DNA of 64,000 bases from contig OZ240248.1 in NCBI GenBank assembly GCA_965198235.1, positions 160,001 through 224,000 on the forward strand, written 5' to 3'. This DNA is from Candidatus Poribacteria bacterium. Its GTDB lineage: Bacteria; Poribacteria; WGA-4E; WGA-3G. The translations under genes and the position numbers were made by a program. This document shows, piece after piece, positions 1 through 8,660 of the stretch (position 1 is the stretch's first letter; every line of letters begins with the position of its first letter). The notes beneath the pieces were generated by a model that was not told the DNA's origin, ran no database searches, and saw only the letters and a program-made list of their open reading frames with translations.

Positions 1-1134
1 CAAAATATTTATCGCACCTACACCGTCACGGTGATATAAGAAACCGCATTTACAGGTGTAATCACGATTATTCGGTTTCTTTCTATTGCCACACTTTGGA
101 CAGGTCTGTGAGGTGTAAGCCTCATTAATCTGAACAACCTTGATACCTAATACCTTGGCTTTATAGGTTATCAAAAACGTAATCTTACCAAATGCCCATT
201 GATGTAGGCGTTGATTGGCACTCTTACCGTAATCAATATTATCACGTATGCCAGTTAAGTTACCGAGAACAATGGTACCGATGCCCTTAGTGTGGCAATA
301 TTTCAGGAACTTGGTGGTATGTTTATGGAGTGCGTCTTTGATTTGGTTGTCAATCTTTGTGATGCGTTTCCATTTTCTGCGTGTGAGTTTCCACCAGCGT
401 TTGGAATGGCGTTTACACCTGCTAATAGCATGGCTGAATTCAGATAGCACTTTATTACGATGCCGGTATAGCGAACGTATATACCGTCCATTGTAAATAT
501 GTGTATCAGTTTCATCATGACTGACTATAGGATGTATCTCGCCAATATCTACACCTATAACACCTTCGCCCGTCTCAGTGTCTTCCGTCTCATATCTGTA
601 GGAAAAATGCAACTCCCATTGGCCGTAGTTGTAGACTAAATCAATAGTTGCGATATGTTCCGTTTCGGACATATTGAAATTACTTGGCAGTTGTATATCT
701 AACTTAGGTCTACCAGCACCCATTGAAAGTTCAACGCGTTTGCCAAACAAACTACCCTCCACAAAAGTAATCGCAGATTTCAACCAACGCGTCGTCATAT
801 AGTTCTTACGTTTGTTAGGAGGCTTAGGTTTCTCTATGACACCACTCTTTTTCAAGGCAGAATAAGACTTCCACGATTTGAAGTATTGCTTTCTGATGGC
901 TTGAATACTCTGTGAATGCAGTGGCTGTGATTTAGACAACCGCTTATCTACCCAACCCTCACAATCATTTCCGAACCAGAAATCATGATGCGCATGTGGG
1001 TACCCACGATGCCACTGATACATATCCATCTGATGCAAACACTCGTTCCACACTTCTGCCGATGCAGCATTTATTTCGGAAAACACAGCCTGTTTGTCTA
1101 CTTTCAGAATCTTCGTTCTGTGGAATGTTGCCAT
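1..1134 (-). CDS. tnpB: RNA-guided endonuclease TnpB (IS200/IS605/IS607 OrfB family), 3' end beyond the window
   Basis: Absent from the ORF track because there is no stop in the window. Manual translation from ATG 1134: MATFHRTK...VIGVDIGE (RuvC-I)...TIVLGNL...INEAYTSQTCPKCG...CKCG (Zn ribbon)...HRDGVGAINIL (RuvC-III). Confidence 0.93.
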   Translation of the reverse strand, partial: MATFHRTKILKVDKQAVFSEINAASAEVWNECLHQMDMYQWHRGYPHAHHDFWFGNDCEGWVDKRLSKSQPLHSQSIQAIRKQYFKSWKSYSALKKSGVIEKPKPPNKRKNYMTTRWLKSAITFVEGSLFGKRVELSMGAGRPKLDIQLPSNFNMSETEHIATIDLVYNYGQWELHFSYRYETEDTETGEGVIGVDIGEIHPIVSHDETDTHIYNGRYIRSLYRHRNKVLSEFSHAISRCKRHSKRWWKLTRRKWKRITKIDNQIKDALHKHTTKFLKYCHTKGIGTIVLGNLTGIRDNIDYGKSANQRLHQWAFGKITFLITYKAKVLGIKVVQINEAYTSQTCPKCGNRKKPNNRDYTCKCGFLYHRDGVGAINIL

Positions 1135-1160
1135 CCTATACCTCGTTTTTCAGCAAAGAC

Positions 1161-1176
1161 TGCCCTATATAGGGCA
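1161..1176. repeat. Perfect 16-bp palindrome in the tnpB leader (possible IS end hairpin or operator)
   Basis: TGCCCTAT/ATAGGGCA. Confidence 0.5.
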
Positions 1177-1208
1177 CTTAGCACCAACTACCAGATACAC
1201 ACTTAACA

Positions 1209-1237
1209 AGTATATCACAAGCACACCTTTTTGTCAA
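1209..1237 (-). promoter_or_regulatory. Sigma70-type promoter for tnpB
   Basis: Minus strand TTGACA-17 bp-TATACT. Confidence 0.75.
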
Positions 1238-1356
1238 AAGAAATCACTTATTGTGTTTCAAGTCAAAATATCCATTTTCCACTACTCGTATCAGGGGTGG
1301 CGGGTAAGTGAATTTTGCTTGAGACCTGATAGCACGGAACTGGTTACGCATTGCGT

Positions 1357-1524
1357 CTACGGAATCTTTATCAAGAGTATCGGGATTATTCTCGACAAAA
1401 TACTCGAAAGATTCTTGGAGTTCTTCAAATCCAACTGGCAAATTCTGCTGGAGTGGTTACCACCTTCACGAATAAAATAACAGCCGTGCCTTTTGAGGTG
1501 TTGAATCAACGCTCGCCGTTTCAT
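1357..1524 (-). pseudogene. hicA: Truncated HicA-family toxin fused to unrelated sequence
   Basis: ATG overlaps the hicB stop (ATGA). MKRRALIQHLKRHGCYFIREGGNHS is a HicA N-terminus; similarity ends after the HS. Confidence 0.7.
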
Positions 1525-1736
1525 ACTGCAATCGTAGCTTCCTCAAAAGACTCGCCCTCCGTCCGACGAATTGCCTCTTCCCGGTTAAGTTCCAAAATAT
1601 CTTCAAGACCGCTTTTAAGGCTAACCAGCAACTCTTCCCGAGTACGCTCTTGGCAGTTAACCCCGTTGACTTCCTGTATCCAGCCAATCCACCAACCTTC
1701 GCTTTTTTGGATGACAGCGGTATAGTTCTGTGTCAT
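1521..1736 (-). CDS. hicB: HicB-family antitoxin
   Basis: YTAVIQKSEGWWIGWIQEVNGVNCQERTREEL pattern; AGGAGG RBS. Confidence 0.85.
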   Translation of the reverse strand: MTQNYTAVIQKSEGWWIGWIQEVNGVNCQERTREELLVSLKSGLEDILELNREEAIRRTEGESFEEATIAV

Positions 1737-1824
1737 CGGTTCCGTCCTCCTTTAAAATGATACGATAAGTGTAGCATGAATTTACAGCCCAGTCAAATCA
1801 AACACGAACAACACAAACCGCTCT

Positions 1825-2225
1825 CTACGCATCTGTAATGCGATGAATGTTGTAAGGCAGCTGGCAGAAAGTGATCCCCATGTCTGTCAACTCTTTCTGA
1901 CTGACGAATTTCTGTGGGGCATAGACATAAGCCTTTTTACCTGTTTCTTTGCAGGCTCTGGCAATCTGCTCTGTACGTTCTCCATCTAACGCAGACTTAT
2001 GACTTTCTAAAAATTCTAACGTCGGTTCATAGATGAGATAGAAACGGATGCCGTCGGTTTCGCCGAAGCAATAATCTGCCTGTTCTGCGATTGAGGTTAG
2101 AGCATTGCCTGTGGCAGTATAGGCAATGTAGTCGGCTAAGGTCTCGTAGGTGGGAAGGGTTTCGCCGGTGAGCATGCCTTCTTCGTCAATCGGTTCGCCG
2201 AGGGTGCAGTAGGTGAAGGATTGAC
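1825..2225 (-). pseudogene. C-terminal fragment of a site-specific DNA methyltransferase (type III Mod-like)
   Basis: SFTYCTLGEPID...LPTYETLA...FCQLPY resembles the tail of Mod-type MTases; no catalytic motifs present; 5' boundary approximate. Confidence 0.55.
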
Positions 2226-2446
2226 GCGGTTCATTAACGACTTCCGGCCGGGCTATGCAAGACGAGAACGTTAGCGGGTTTTTAATCAAACCGATCTTGA
2301 GACATGGGAAACGGAGACTTTTCTTGTCCGATCCTCTAGAATTCTCAGGTTGATGATTTGCAGAATCTCTCTATCTTCATTTGAAAACGGGTTTTGAATG
2401 TGCTATGCTATAAATGAGACAGTTTCTATATTTGGGAGGGATATAC

Positions 2447-2665
2447 ATGCCTATTCATTGGAGAGACCATATCGTTAGCACACCGGATATATTACGAGGT
2501 AAACCGCGCATCAAAGGGACGAGGATTCCAGTAAGCCTTCTCCTCGGATACTTGACAGCGGGTCATACTACAGATGAAATAATTGCTGAATTCCCTGACC
2601 TCAAAGCGATGCAGATTCACGCCTGTCTTGATTACGCCCGTGAATTAGCAGATTCCAACCAATAA
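2447..2665 (+). CDS. DUF433-domain protein (putative antitoxin); no partner toxin follows
   Basis: STPDILRGKPRIKGTRIPV...EIIAEFPDL...IHACLDYA; GGAGG RBS. Confidence 0.88.
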   Translation: MPIHWRDHIVSTPDILRGKPRIKGTRIPVSLLLGYLTAGHTTDEIIAEFPDLKAMQIHACLDYARELADSNQ

Positions 2666-2682
2666 ATCGCGTCAAAAAATCC

Positions 2683-2711
2683 TTGACATCCTTCCCAATA
2701 CTGTATACAAT
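2683..2711 (+). promoter_or_regulatory. Sigma70-type promoter
   Basis: TTGACA-17 bp-TACAAT. Confidence 0.7.
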
Positions 2712-2750
2712 AAAACCCCAATTACAACATATCGTATACGGAGGTTTCTC

Positions 2751-3383
2751 ATGCCGACAATCGAAAAAGTTTTTGACACCCCAGGACCACAACCTAACGG
2801 AATGCAAGCCACTGAAGAGGGGCTCTGGATTCTCGACCAGCAGACCAACGAGGTGCACCTCGTCTCTTACGACGGCGTAGTGAAAAAGACGCTCGCTACC
2901 AGCTCCGATAGAGGTAGCGGTATTACAGATACAGGGGACACGCTCTGGCTCGCGTCCACCTACAGTTGCGAAATCCTTTCAACAGATCCAGAAAGTGGCA
3001 AAACGCTCGCCTCTTATGAGACACCCGGTGCAGGTCAGACCGGCGCGCACGGCTTAGAATGGCGCGACAATAAACTCTGGCTGGCGGTCCCGCCGTCTGC
3101 CACTATCTATCAGGTCGATGTTGAAGACGGTTTCAAGGTAATTCACACGCTCCCTGCCCCCGGCAATCGACCACACGGTATCGCATGGATAGGCGACGAT
3201 CTCTGGTGCGTTGAGACCGACCATCGCGCAATCTTCCATCTCAATCCGGAAGATGGCAGCCATCTGAACAAAATCGAGATACCGGAACCGCATCCGGAAC
3301 CGCATGGAATGACCTACTGGGATGGGTGTTTCTGGTATTGCGATGCGCATACGACAGCGGTGTGCCGCGTAGCATTATCCTAA
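2751..3383 (+). CDS. Beta-propeller protein (glutaminyl-cyclase/NHL-like repeats)
   Basis: Repeated PG.xPHG(L/I/M).W....LW blades. Confidence 0.65.
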   Translation: MPTIEKVFDTPGPQPNGMQATEEGLWILDQQTNEVHLVSYDGVVKKTLATSSDRGSGITDTGDTLWLASTYSCEILSTDPESGKTLASYETPGAGQTGAHGLEWRDNKLWLAVPPSATIYQVDVEDGFKVIHTLPAPGNRPHGIAWIGDDLWCVETDHRAIFHLNPEDGSHLNKIEIPEPHPEPHGMTYWDGCFWYCDAHTTAVCRVALS

Positions 3384-3385
3384 TC

Positions 3386-4168
3386 ATGGAAACGATCGGC
3401 AGACTCCTGAACATGGGAAAGAGCAGTGCCGCGATGAATATGGCGATTGACGAGGCAATTCTGCTCGCGCAGAAGGCACAACCGAACTCGACGCTGCGAT
3501 TTTATGAGTGGTCGTCCCCAGCTTTCAGTTTCGGCTATTTTCAAGATATTGATTCAGAAGTTGATGTGGAGGCGTGCCGCGCAGATGGCATCGAATTGGT
3601 GAAACGGATGACTGGCGGCGGGACCGTTGTACATGGATGGGAATTGACGTACACGCTGGTGCTCCCACGAGCTGCTGCAGCGCTGGGTATTTCCGAGGCG
3701 TATCGACGCATTGGACAATCTCTTGCCAAGGCGTTCCAGAAACTCGGTGTCCTCGCGCAGTGCTATGCTGCATGCCCCGATCCTTACCAAGCGGCTCCAA
3801 ATATCTGCTTGACGAATCCTGCCGAGCATGATGTTATGTCTAACGACAAGAAGTTAGCAGGTGTTTCTGTGAGGCGTAACCAAGACGGGATAATGTTTCA
3901 GGGATATATTTCATTGGATATGCCGCCCTCCTTTATCCTCGATCGCGTTTCAAAGGACCCGAAGGCCCAACAAGGCATCCGCGAAAAATCGACTGCTCTC
4001 AATATAGATGGACGCTTTATAATGAGAGACGCGCTCATTCAAGCCGTCTATGAAACATTTGAAGTCGGAATTGCGTTTAATTCGGGAGAACTGTCGCCGA
4101 TGGAGCGAGCGCAAGCAGAAACTTTGGTTGAGACCAAGTATACTACAGCAGCGTGGAATTTTGAATGA
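3386..4168 (+). CDS. Lipoate-protein ligase A / octanoyltransferase family
   Basis: NMAIDEA, LRFYEW, KRMTGGGTVVH and KKLAG motifs. Confidence 0.88.
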   Translation: METIGRLLNMGKSSAAMNMAIDEAILLAQKAQPNSTLRFYEWSSPAFSFGYFQDIDSEVDVEACRADGIELVKRMTGGGTVVHGWELTYTLVLPRAAAALGISEAYRRIGQSLAKAFQKLGVLAQCYAACPDPYQAAPNICLTNPAEHDVMSNDKKLAGVSVRRNQDGIMFQGYISLDMPPSFILDRVSKDPKAQQGIREKSTALNIDGRFIMRDALIQAVYETFEVGIAFNSGELSPMERAQAETLVETKYTTAAWNFE

Positions 4169-5238
4169 ATCAGAACCAAAAACCTACCAACGTTGTTCTT
4201 ATTCCACAGGGCGCGTTTATCATGGGCACCGATATTGAAGCGTTCTATGGCACTGCCTTAGCCAATTCGGAGCACGCCAAACTTGATGAAGCACCGATGC
4301 ATATCCGTTTTCTGGAGGCATACCTCATTGAGCAGTATCCCGTAACAAACGCCGAATACGCTGCTTTCGTACAGGAAACGAATCACCCGCCGCCGCCACA
4401 TTGGAAAAACGGCGACTTCGCGCCTGAGGATGCAAACCTCCCAGTTGTTCACGTGAGTTGGCATGATAGTCGCGTGTATGCGCAATGGGCAGGCAAACGA
4501 CTACCGACAGAGGCAGAATGGGAGAAAGCCTGCCGTGGTCCCGACGGGCGGATTTATCCGTGGGGTAATGTTTTTGCTCCTGATGAATCTGAATCTACAG
4601 AAACGCCAATGGAAACTTTACAGATTCTGACAGCACATCTCACGCCTGCAGGCGTTCGTCCTGCTACAGTAAGCCCTTACGGAGTCGGCGACGCGGCAGG
4701 GAATGTCTGGGAATGGACTGCCGATTGGTATCAACCATATCCTAATCCAAAACCGCTTAAACAACGGACCGATGATAAACAGAAATCCCTGCGTGGAGGG
4801 TCATGGTTAGAAGTGCGTGATGGCACAGCGGAACGCTACTTTCGGTGTGCCAATCGCTTACATGCACCGCCAAACTATGCCGCCGGAAATATCGGTTTTC
4901 GGTGTGCGCGCGAGGTGCCACCTGAACAAGCCGAGTCGGTGCATGTTCCTGTGGAACCACTTGCTGACTATGTAAAGCAACGGAAGTTAAGTAACCTGCG
5001 TCTCCTTGGAAAACGAACACAAAAGAACAGTTTCAAAGATGCCCTCATTGCCCTCCTGCTCATCGGGGCAGCAATCTATGGTATTGTGGCGAAGCCTGAG
5101 TTGGTATTGGGTGCTGTGACAGCGGGTATTATCGGAGTTGGATTTCTTTTTAGTGCCAGTGTGAATTTCTGGCGGCGGTGGCGTGCAGTAAAGCGAGCAA
5201 AGCAGGTGGAATCCGAAAGTTTCCTACCTTCTCGTTAA
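4165..5238 (+). CDS. FGE-sulfatase (SUMF1)-domain protein with two C-terminal TM helices
   Basis: RLPTEAEWEKACRG, YPWG, GNVWEW, RGGSW, GFRC; lacks the catalytic Cys pair of true FGE. Confidence 0.88.
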   Translation: MNQNQKPTNVVLIPQGAFIMGTDIEAFYGTALANSEHAKLDEAPMHIRFLEAYLIEQYPVTNAEYAAFVQETNHPPPPHWKNGDFAPEDANLPVVHVSWHDSRVYAQWAGKRLPTEAEWEKACRGPDGRIYPWGNVFAPDESESTETPMETLQILTAHLTPAGVRPATVSPYGVGDAAGNVWEWTADWYQPYPNPKPLKQRTDDKQKSLRGGSWLEVRDGTAERYFRCANRLHAPPNYAAGNIGFRCAREVPPEQAESVHVPVEPLADYVKQRKLSNLRLLGKRTQKNSFKDALIALLLIGAAIYGIVAKPELVLGAVTAGIIGVGFLFSASVNFWRRWRAVKRAKQVESESFLPSR

Positions 5239-5329
5239 AGGTATTTTTTGCCTTGACCGAAATTTGAATTCAGTGTAAACTTTAGCAAACTAAAGCATCG
5301 CGACCTCAAGTCGCTTCTATAGGGGAAAA

Positions 5330-6181
5330 ATGATGAATACGCTATGTTTGGAACACTGTTTGACTGAAACAGAAAAACAGCAATTTGAAGACAACGGTTT
5401 CTTTGCGGTTGAGGATGCCATCCCGCAAGAGATGGTTGATAAACTGATTGCCGCTGTTGACCGAGTCGGGGCAGAGCATCTGGGAAAAGATGAGATCCCG
5501 TCCGATGCGCGTTTCAACCTCCTCGATTTTGTCGGCAGAGACGAAAACTTTATCGAACTGCTTGACTGGCACACAACATTTCCGAAGGTCTGGGGAATTT
5601 TGGGGTGGAACATCAAACTCTACCATTCACATTTAATTGTGATGCCGCCGCTTCCACCTGAAGAGCGCGACCAGCCTAAACGTCTCGGTTGGCACCAGGA
5701 TAGTGGTAGACTCAACTTTGAGTTGGAGGGCGACCCGCGCCCGCGTGTATCGTTGAAAGTGGCATTTTTCCTCACCGATACATCCGTTCCGGGGCGTGGT
5801 AATTTCTCGGTGGTACCCGGTAGCCACAAATCGAATACATTAGAGATGCCCGAGGATATAACTACGGATCCGGAAATCGCGATCCCCGTTTTCGCCAAGC
5901 CGGGTACAGCTGTCTTCTTCGATCGCAGGCTCTGGCATTCCGCAGGACGGAATACCTCTGACATCACCCGAAAAGTGCTGTTTTACGGCTACAGTTACCG
6001 ATGGTTGCAGCCACGCGATGATATGACGGTCGAGCATTACATGGAATGCTCTGATCCGATTCGTCAACAGATTATGGGCAAAAGTACAGGTGGACATGGC
6101 TTTACATCGCCCGGTGAAAAGGATGTCCCACTTCGCACATGGATTCAGGAAAACCTCGGTTCTGAGGCAGTCGCGGGCTGA
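5330..6181 (+). CDS. Phytanoyl-CoA dioxygenase (PhyH) family Fe(II)/2OG enzyme
   Basis: WHQD, VVPGSH, distal WHS, R-K. Confidence 0.9.
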   Translation: MMNTLCLEHCLTETEKQQFEDNGFFAVEDAIPQEMVDKLIAAVDRVGAEHLGKDEIPSDARFNLLDFVGRDENFIELLDWHTTFPKVWGILGWNIKLYHSHLIVMPPLPPEERDQPKRLGWHQDSGRLNFELEGDPRPRVSLKVAFFLTDTSVPGRGNFSVVPGSHKSNTLEMPEDITTDPEIAIPVFAKPGTAVFFDRRLWHSAGRNTSDITRKVLFYGYSYRWLQPRDDMTVEHYMECSDPIRQQIMGKSTGGHGFTSPGEKDVPLRTWIQENLGSEAVAG

Positions 6182-6192
6182 CATAAAAGCAC

Positions 6193-6220
6193 GAAGGGCG
6201 GGCAACGCTGCTCGCCCTTC
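6193..6220 (+). terminator. GC-rich hairpin after phyH (terminator or REP-like)
   Basis: GAAGGGCGGGCA-ACGC-TGCTCGCCCTTC. Confidence 0.5.
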
Positions 6221-6403
6221 ATCCCACCCAAAAACTAAAAATCCCACATTTCTTTGGCAATTCCGAAAAGAAAAATTGTATACTTTTATAGCATAATGTG
6301 AGTTCCACATAAGAATATCAGAACTTCCTGCTCGCATGCTGTAAACTCTTAAATCGGACTCACGTTGAATATATCGCATACAATTTTCTAACACAGATAG
6401 GAG

Positions 6404-8638
6404 TTGTCAACTTTAATGAAGGCTTTTTTATGCCTACTAATGGTATTGTGGATTCCCGCAGTTGCCTTTTCCCAGACAGGAACAATTCAGGGCACTGTTT
6501 ACAACAATAGTACGAAAGAACCATTAGCAGGGGCAGAAGTTCTCATCGTTGAAATTGACACACGTCAGAAAACTGATGAAAATGGAAAGTTCGTTTTTAG
6601 TGCCATTCCCGCAGGAACCTATATTTTAGTTACCACGGTGCCTGATACTGAGTTGTTGCAACGTACCTCTATTGTTGTCACGGCAGAAGAAACGCTGGAA
6701 CCTGAAATCTATGTCAAAACAACGCAGTATCGTCTTGAAGGTGTCAAGGTAACCGGTGAAAGTGCCCCTAAGACTGTCAGTAAAAAAAGCCTTCAAGCGC
6801 AGGAAATTACACGCCTGCCCGGTACAGCCGGTGATGCCCTTCGTGCCCTTCCAGCGATTCCTGGCATCGGTGTCGCAAACGATTTTAGCGGTGCCCTCTA
6901 TATTCGCGGCGGCTCCGATGAGGATAACCTCTACTATTTCGACCGAGTGCCTGTCGGTTATCCGTACCACTTTGGTGGGATCGTCTCATCCTTGAGTTCC
7001 GAAATTATCGATCGGATTGATGTCTATGCTGGCGGATATGGCGCCGAGTATGGTGTAGATTCTCAAGCCGTGATTGACATCTATTCACAGGACAGCAGTC
7101 CAGTAGATTTGCGTGGAAAATTTAATCTCAATCTTCTCTTTTCGGAGGGACTGCTTCAAGGCAAAGTTGGCGAAAACGGCTACTGGTATGCCGCGGGACG
7201 CAGAAGTTACATTGACCTTTTCATCGGATCCCTGTCATTTGGCACAGGAGCGATCACTGCCTTTCCGCGTTTCTGGGATTATCAGTTGAAGGTGGGCTAC
7301 GACTTCAGCGAAAAACATCAACTCTTTTTTAATCTCTTTGCTTCTGGCGATCGGTTTGCCCTGAAGTTGGATGGTGAAAATGTAGACGAAGATTTTAGAG
7401 GGAACGCGAGTTTTGAAAGTGGTTTTGAGGGAGGAGGGATCCACCTCCGCTCCTTTCTGACAGAACGGCTTACCTCCTATTTATCGCTGACCCGTTCAAA
7501 ATTTCTATTTGATGTCAATTTCGGTCCAGCACTTTCACTTGAAATTGATGCACCAGATTATGTTCTTCGCGAGGACCTCACTTATGAGTTAAACCCAAAG
7601 CATCGGTTGGAATCTGGGTTAATTCTCGGATTTGAACCCGGGCAAGTTTCTGGAACCTTCACTCGGATCCCTGATGAAGGTGAGGCTGACTTTGACATCC
7701 GGTTCGAGGAAAAAGTAGTCATAGACGAGGATGTGCGCGGGCATCGCGTCGAAGCCTATTTGCAAGACCGATACACACTGCTGCCGTTTTTGTCAGTTGT
7801 GTTTGGACTGAGGTTTGATTATTTCAATCGCATTGATCAACTTTCTGTCCAGCCGCGCGGCAGCGTACTCGTGGAACTTCCCAACAGTTCTGAACTCCAA
7901 TTTGCCTATGGGGTTTACAACCAGACCCCGCTGCCACCACAACTCTCTCCCAGCATTGGCAATCCTACCTTGAAGTCGAGTCAGGCAAGTCATTATATTC
8001 TTGAACTTAAACGGCAACTTTCACAAGACACAGAAATCAAAATGGCAGCCTATTACAAAAACCTTGCCGACTTAGTGACTGTTGACGAAGATGTCGGTTA
8101 TCTGAATCAAGGGGTCGGTTATGCGCAAGGCACCGAGATTTTTCTACGACATCACCGCGGCAATCAATTTTTTGCTTGGGTTTCCTACGCGTATGCTTTG
8201 TCTAAACGCCGTGATCGTGTCGGCGAACCTTACCGCTTCTATTCGTTTGATCAGACGCATGTCGCTACATTCGCCGCGAGTTACGACCTCACCCCGACGT
8301 GGGAGATTGGCGCGAAGTGGCAGTACCGCACTGGTAATCCATATACACCTGTCGAAGACGCAACGATCCGATTTGATCCGAGAAACGGAGAACCTATTTA
8401 CGTCCCCATTTATGCTGAAACCAACTCTGATCGGTTGCCTCCGTATCACAGACTCGACCTGCGCGTCAGTAAAACCTTCCAGTTTAGCGGATGGAAGTTG
8501 GGGATCTTCTTGGAACTCCTAAATGCTTATAACCGAAAGAATTTGCTCGATTACAGATATAGCGAGAACTACACAGAGCGCGAAGATGTTAACCAATTAC
8601 CTATCATTCCTTATTTGGGGATTACAGCGGAATTTTAA
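6404..8638 (+). CDS. TonB-dependent receptor with N-terminal carboxypeptidase-regulatory-like domain
   Basis: Signal peptide, GTIQGTV, plug domain (LPGI...IRGG), RLPPYHRLDL, terminal F. Confidence 0.92.
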   Translation: MSTLMKAFLCLLMVLWIPAVAFSQTGTIQGTVYNNSTKEPLAGAEVLIVEIDTRQKTDENGKFVFSAIPAGTYILVTTVPDTELLQRTSIVVTAEETLEPEIYVKTTQYRLEGVKVTGESAPKTVSKKSLQAQEITRLPGTAGDALRALPAIPGIGVANDFSGALYIRGGSDEDNLYYFDRVPVGYPYHFGGIVSSLSSEIIDRIDVYAGGYGAEYGVDSQAVIDIYSQDSSPVDLRGKFNLNLLFSEGLLQGKVGENGYWYAAGRRSYIDLFIGSLSFGTGAITAFPRFWDYQLKVGYDFSEKHQLFFNLFASGDRFALKLDGENVDEDFRGNASFESGFEGGGIHLRSFLTERLTSYLSLTRSKFLFDVNFGPALSLEIDAPDYVLREDLTYELNPKHRLESGLILGFEPGQVSGTFTRIPDEGEADFDIRFEEKVVIDEDVRGHRVEAYLQDRYTLLPFLSVVFGLRFDYFNRIDQLSVQPRGSVLVELPNSSELQFAYGVYNQTPLPPQLSPSIGNPTLKSSQASHYILELKRQLSQDTEIKMAAYYKNLADLVTVDEDVGYLNQGVGYAQGTEIFLRHHRGNQFFAWVSYAYALSKRRDRVGEPYRFYSFDQTHVATFAASYDLTPTWEIGAKWQYRTGNPYTPVEDATIRFDPRNGEPIYVPIYAETNSDRLPPYHRLDLRVSKTFQFSGWKLGIFLELLNAYNRKNLLDYRYSENYTEREDVNQLPIIPYLGITAEF

Positions 8639-8660
8639 ACGTTTTTCCGAGAGACAAAAC

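Noticed and set aside
4165-5238. FGE/C-type-lectin-fold protein as a diversity-generating retroelement target
   Set aside because: No reverse transcriptase and no template repeat seen in the window.
8523-8660. ORF-track N-terminal extension of the second TonB receptor
   Set aside because: It overlaps the previous gene by over 100 bp and precedes the signal peptide.
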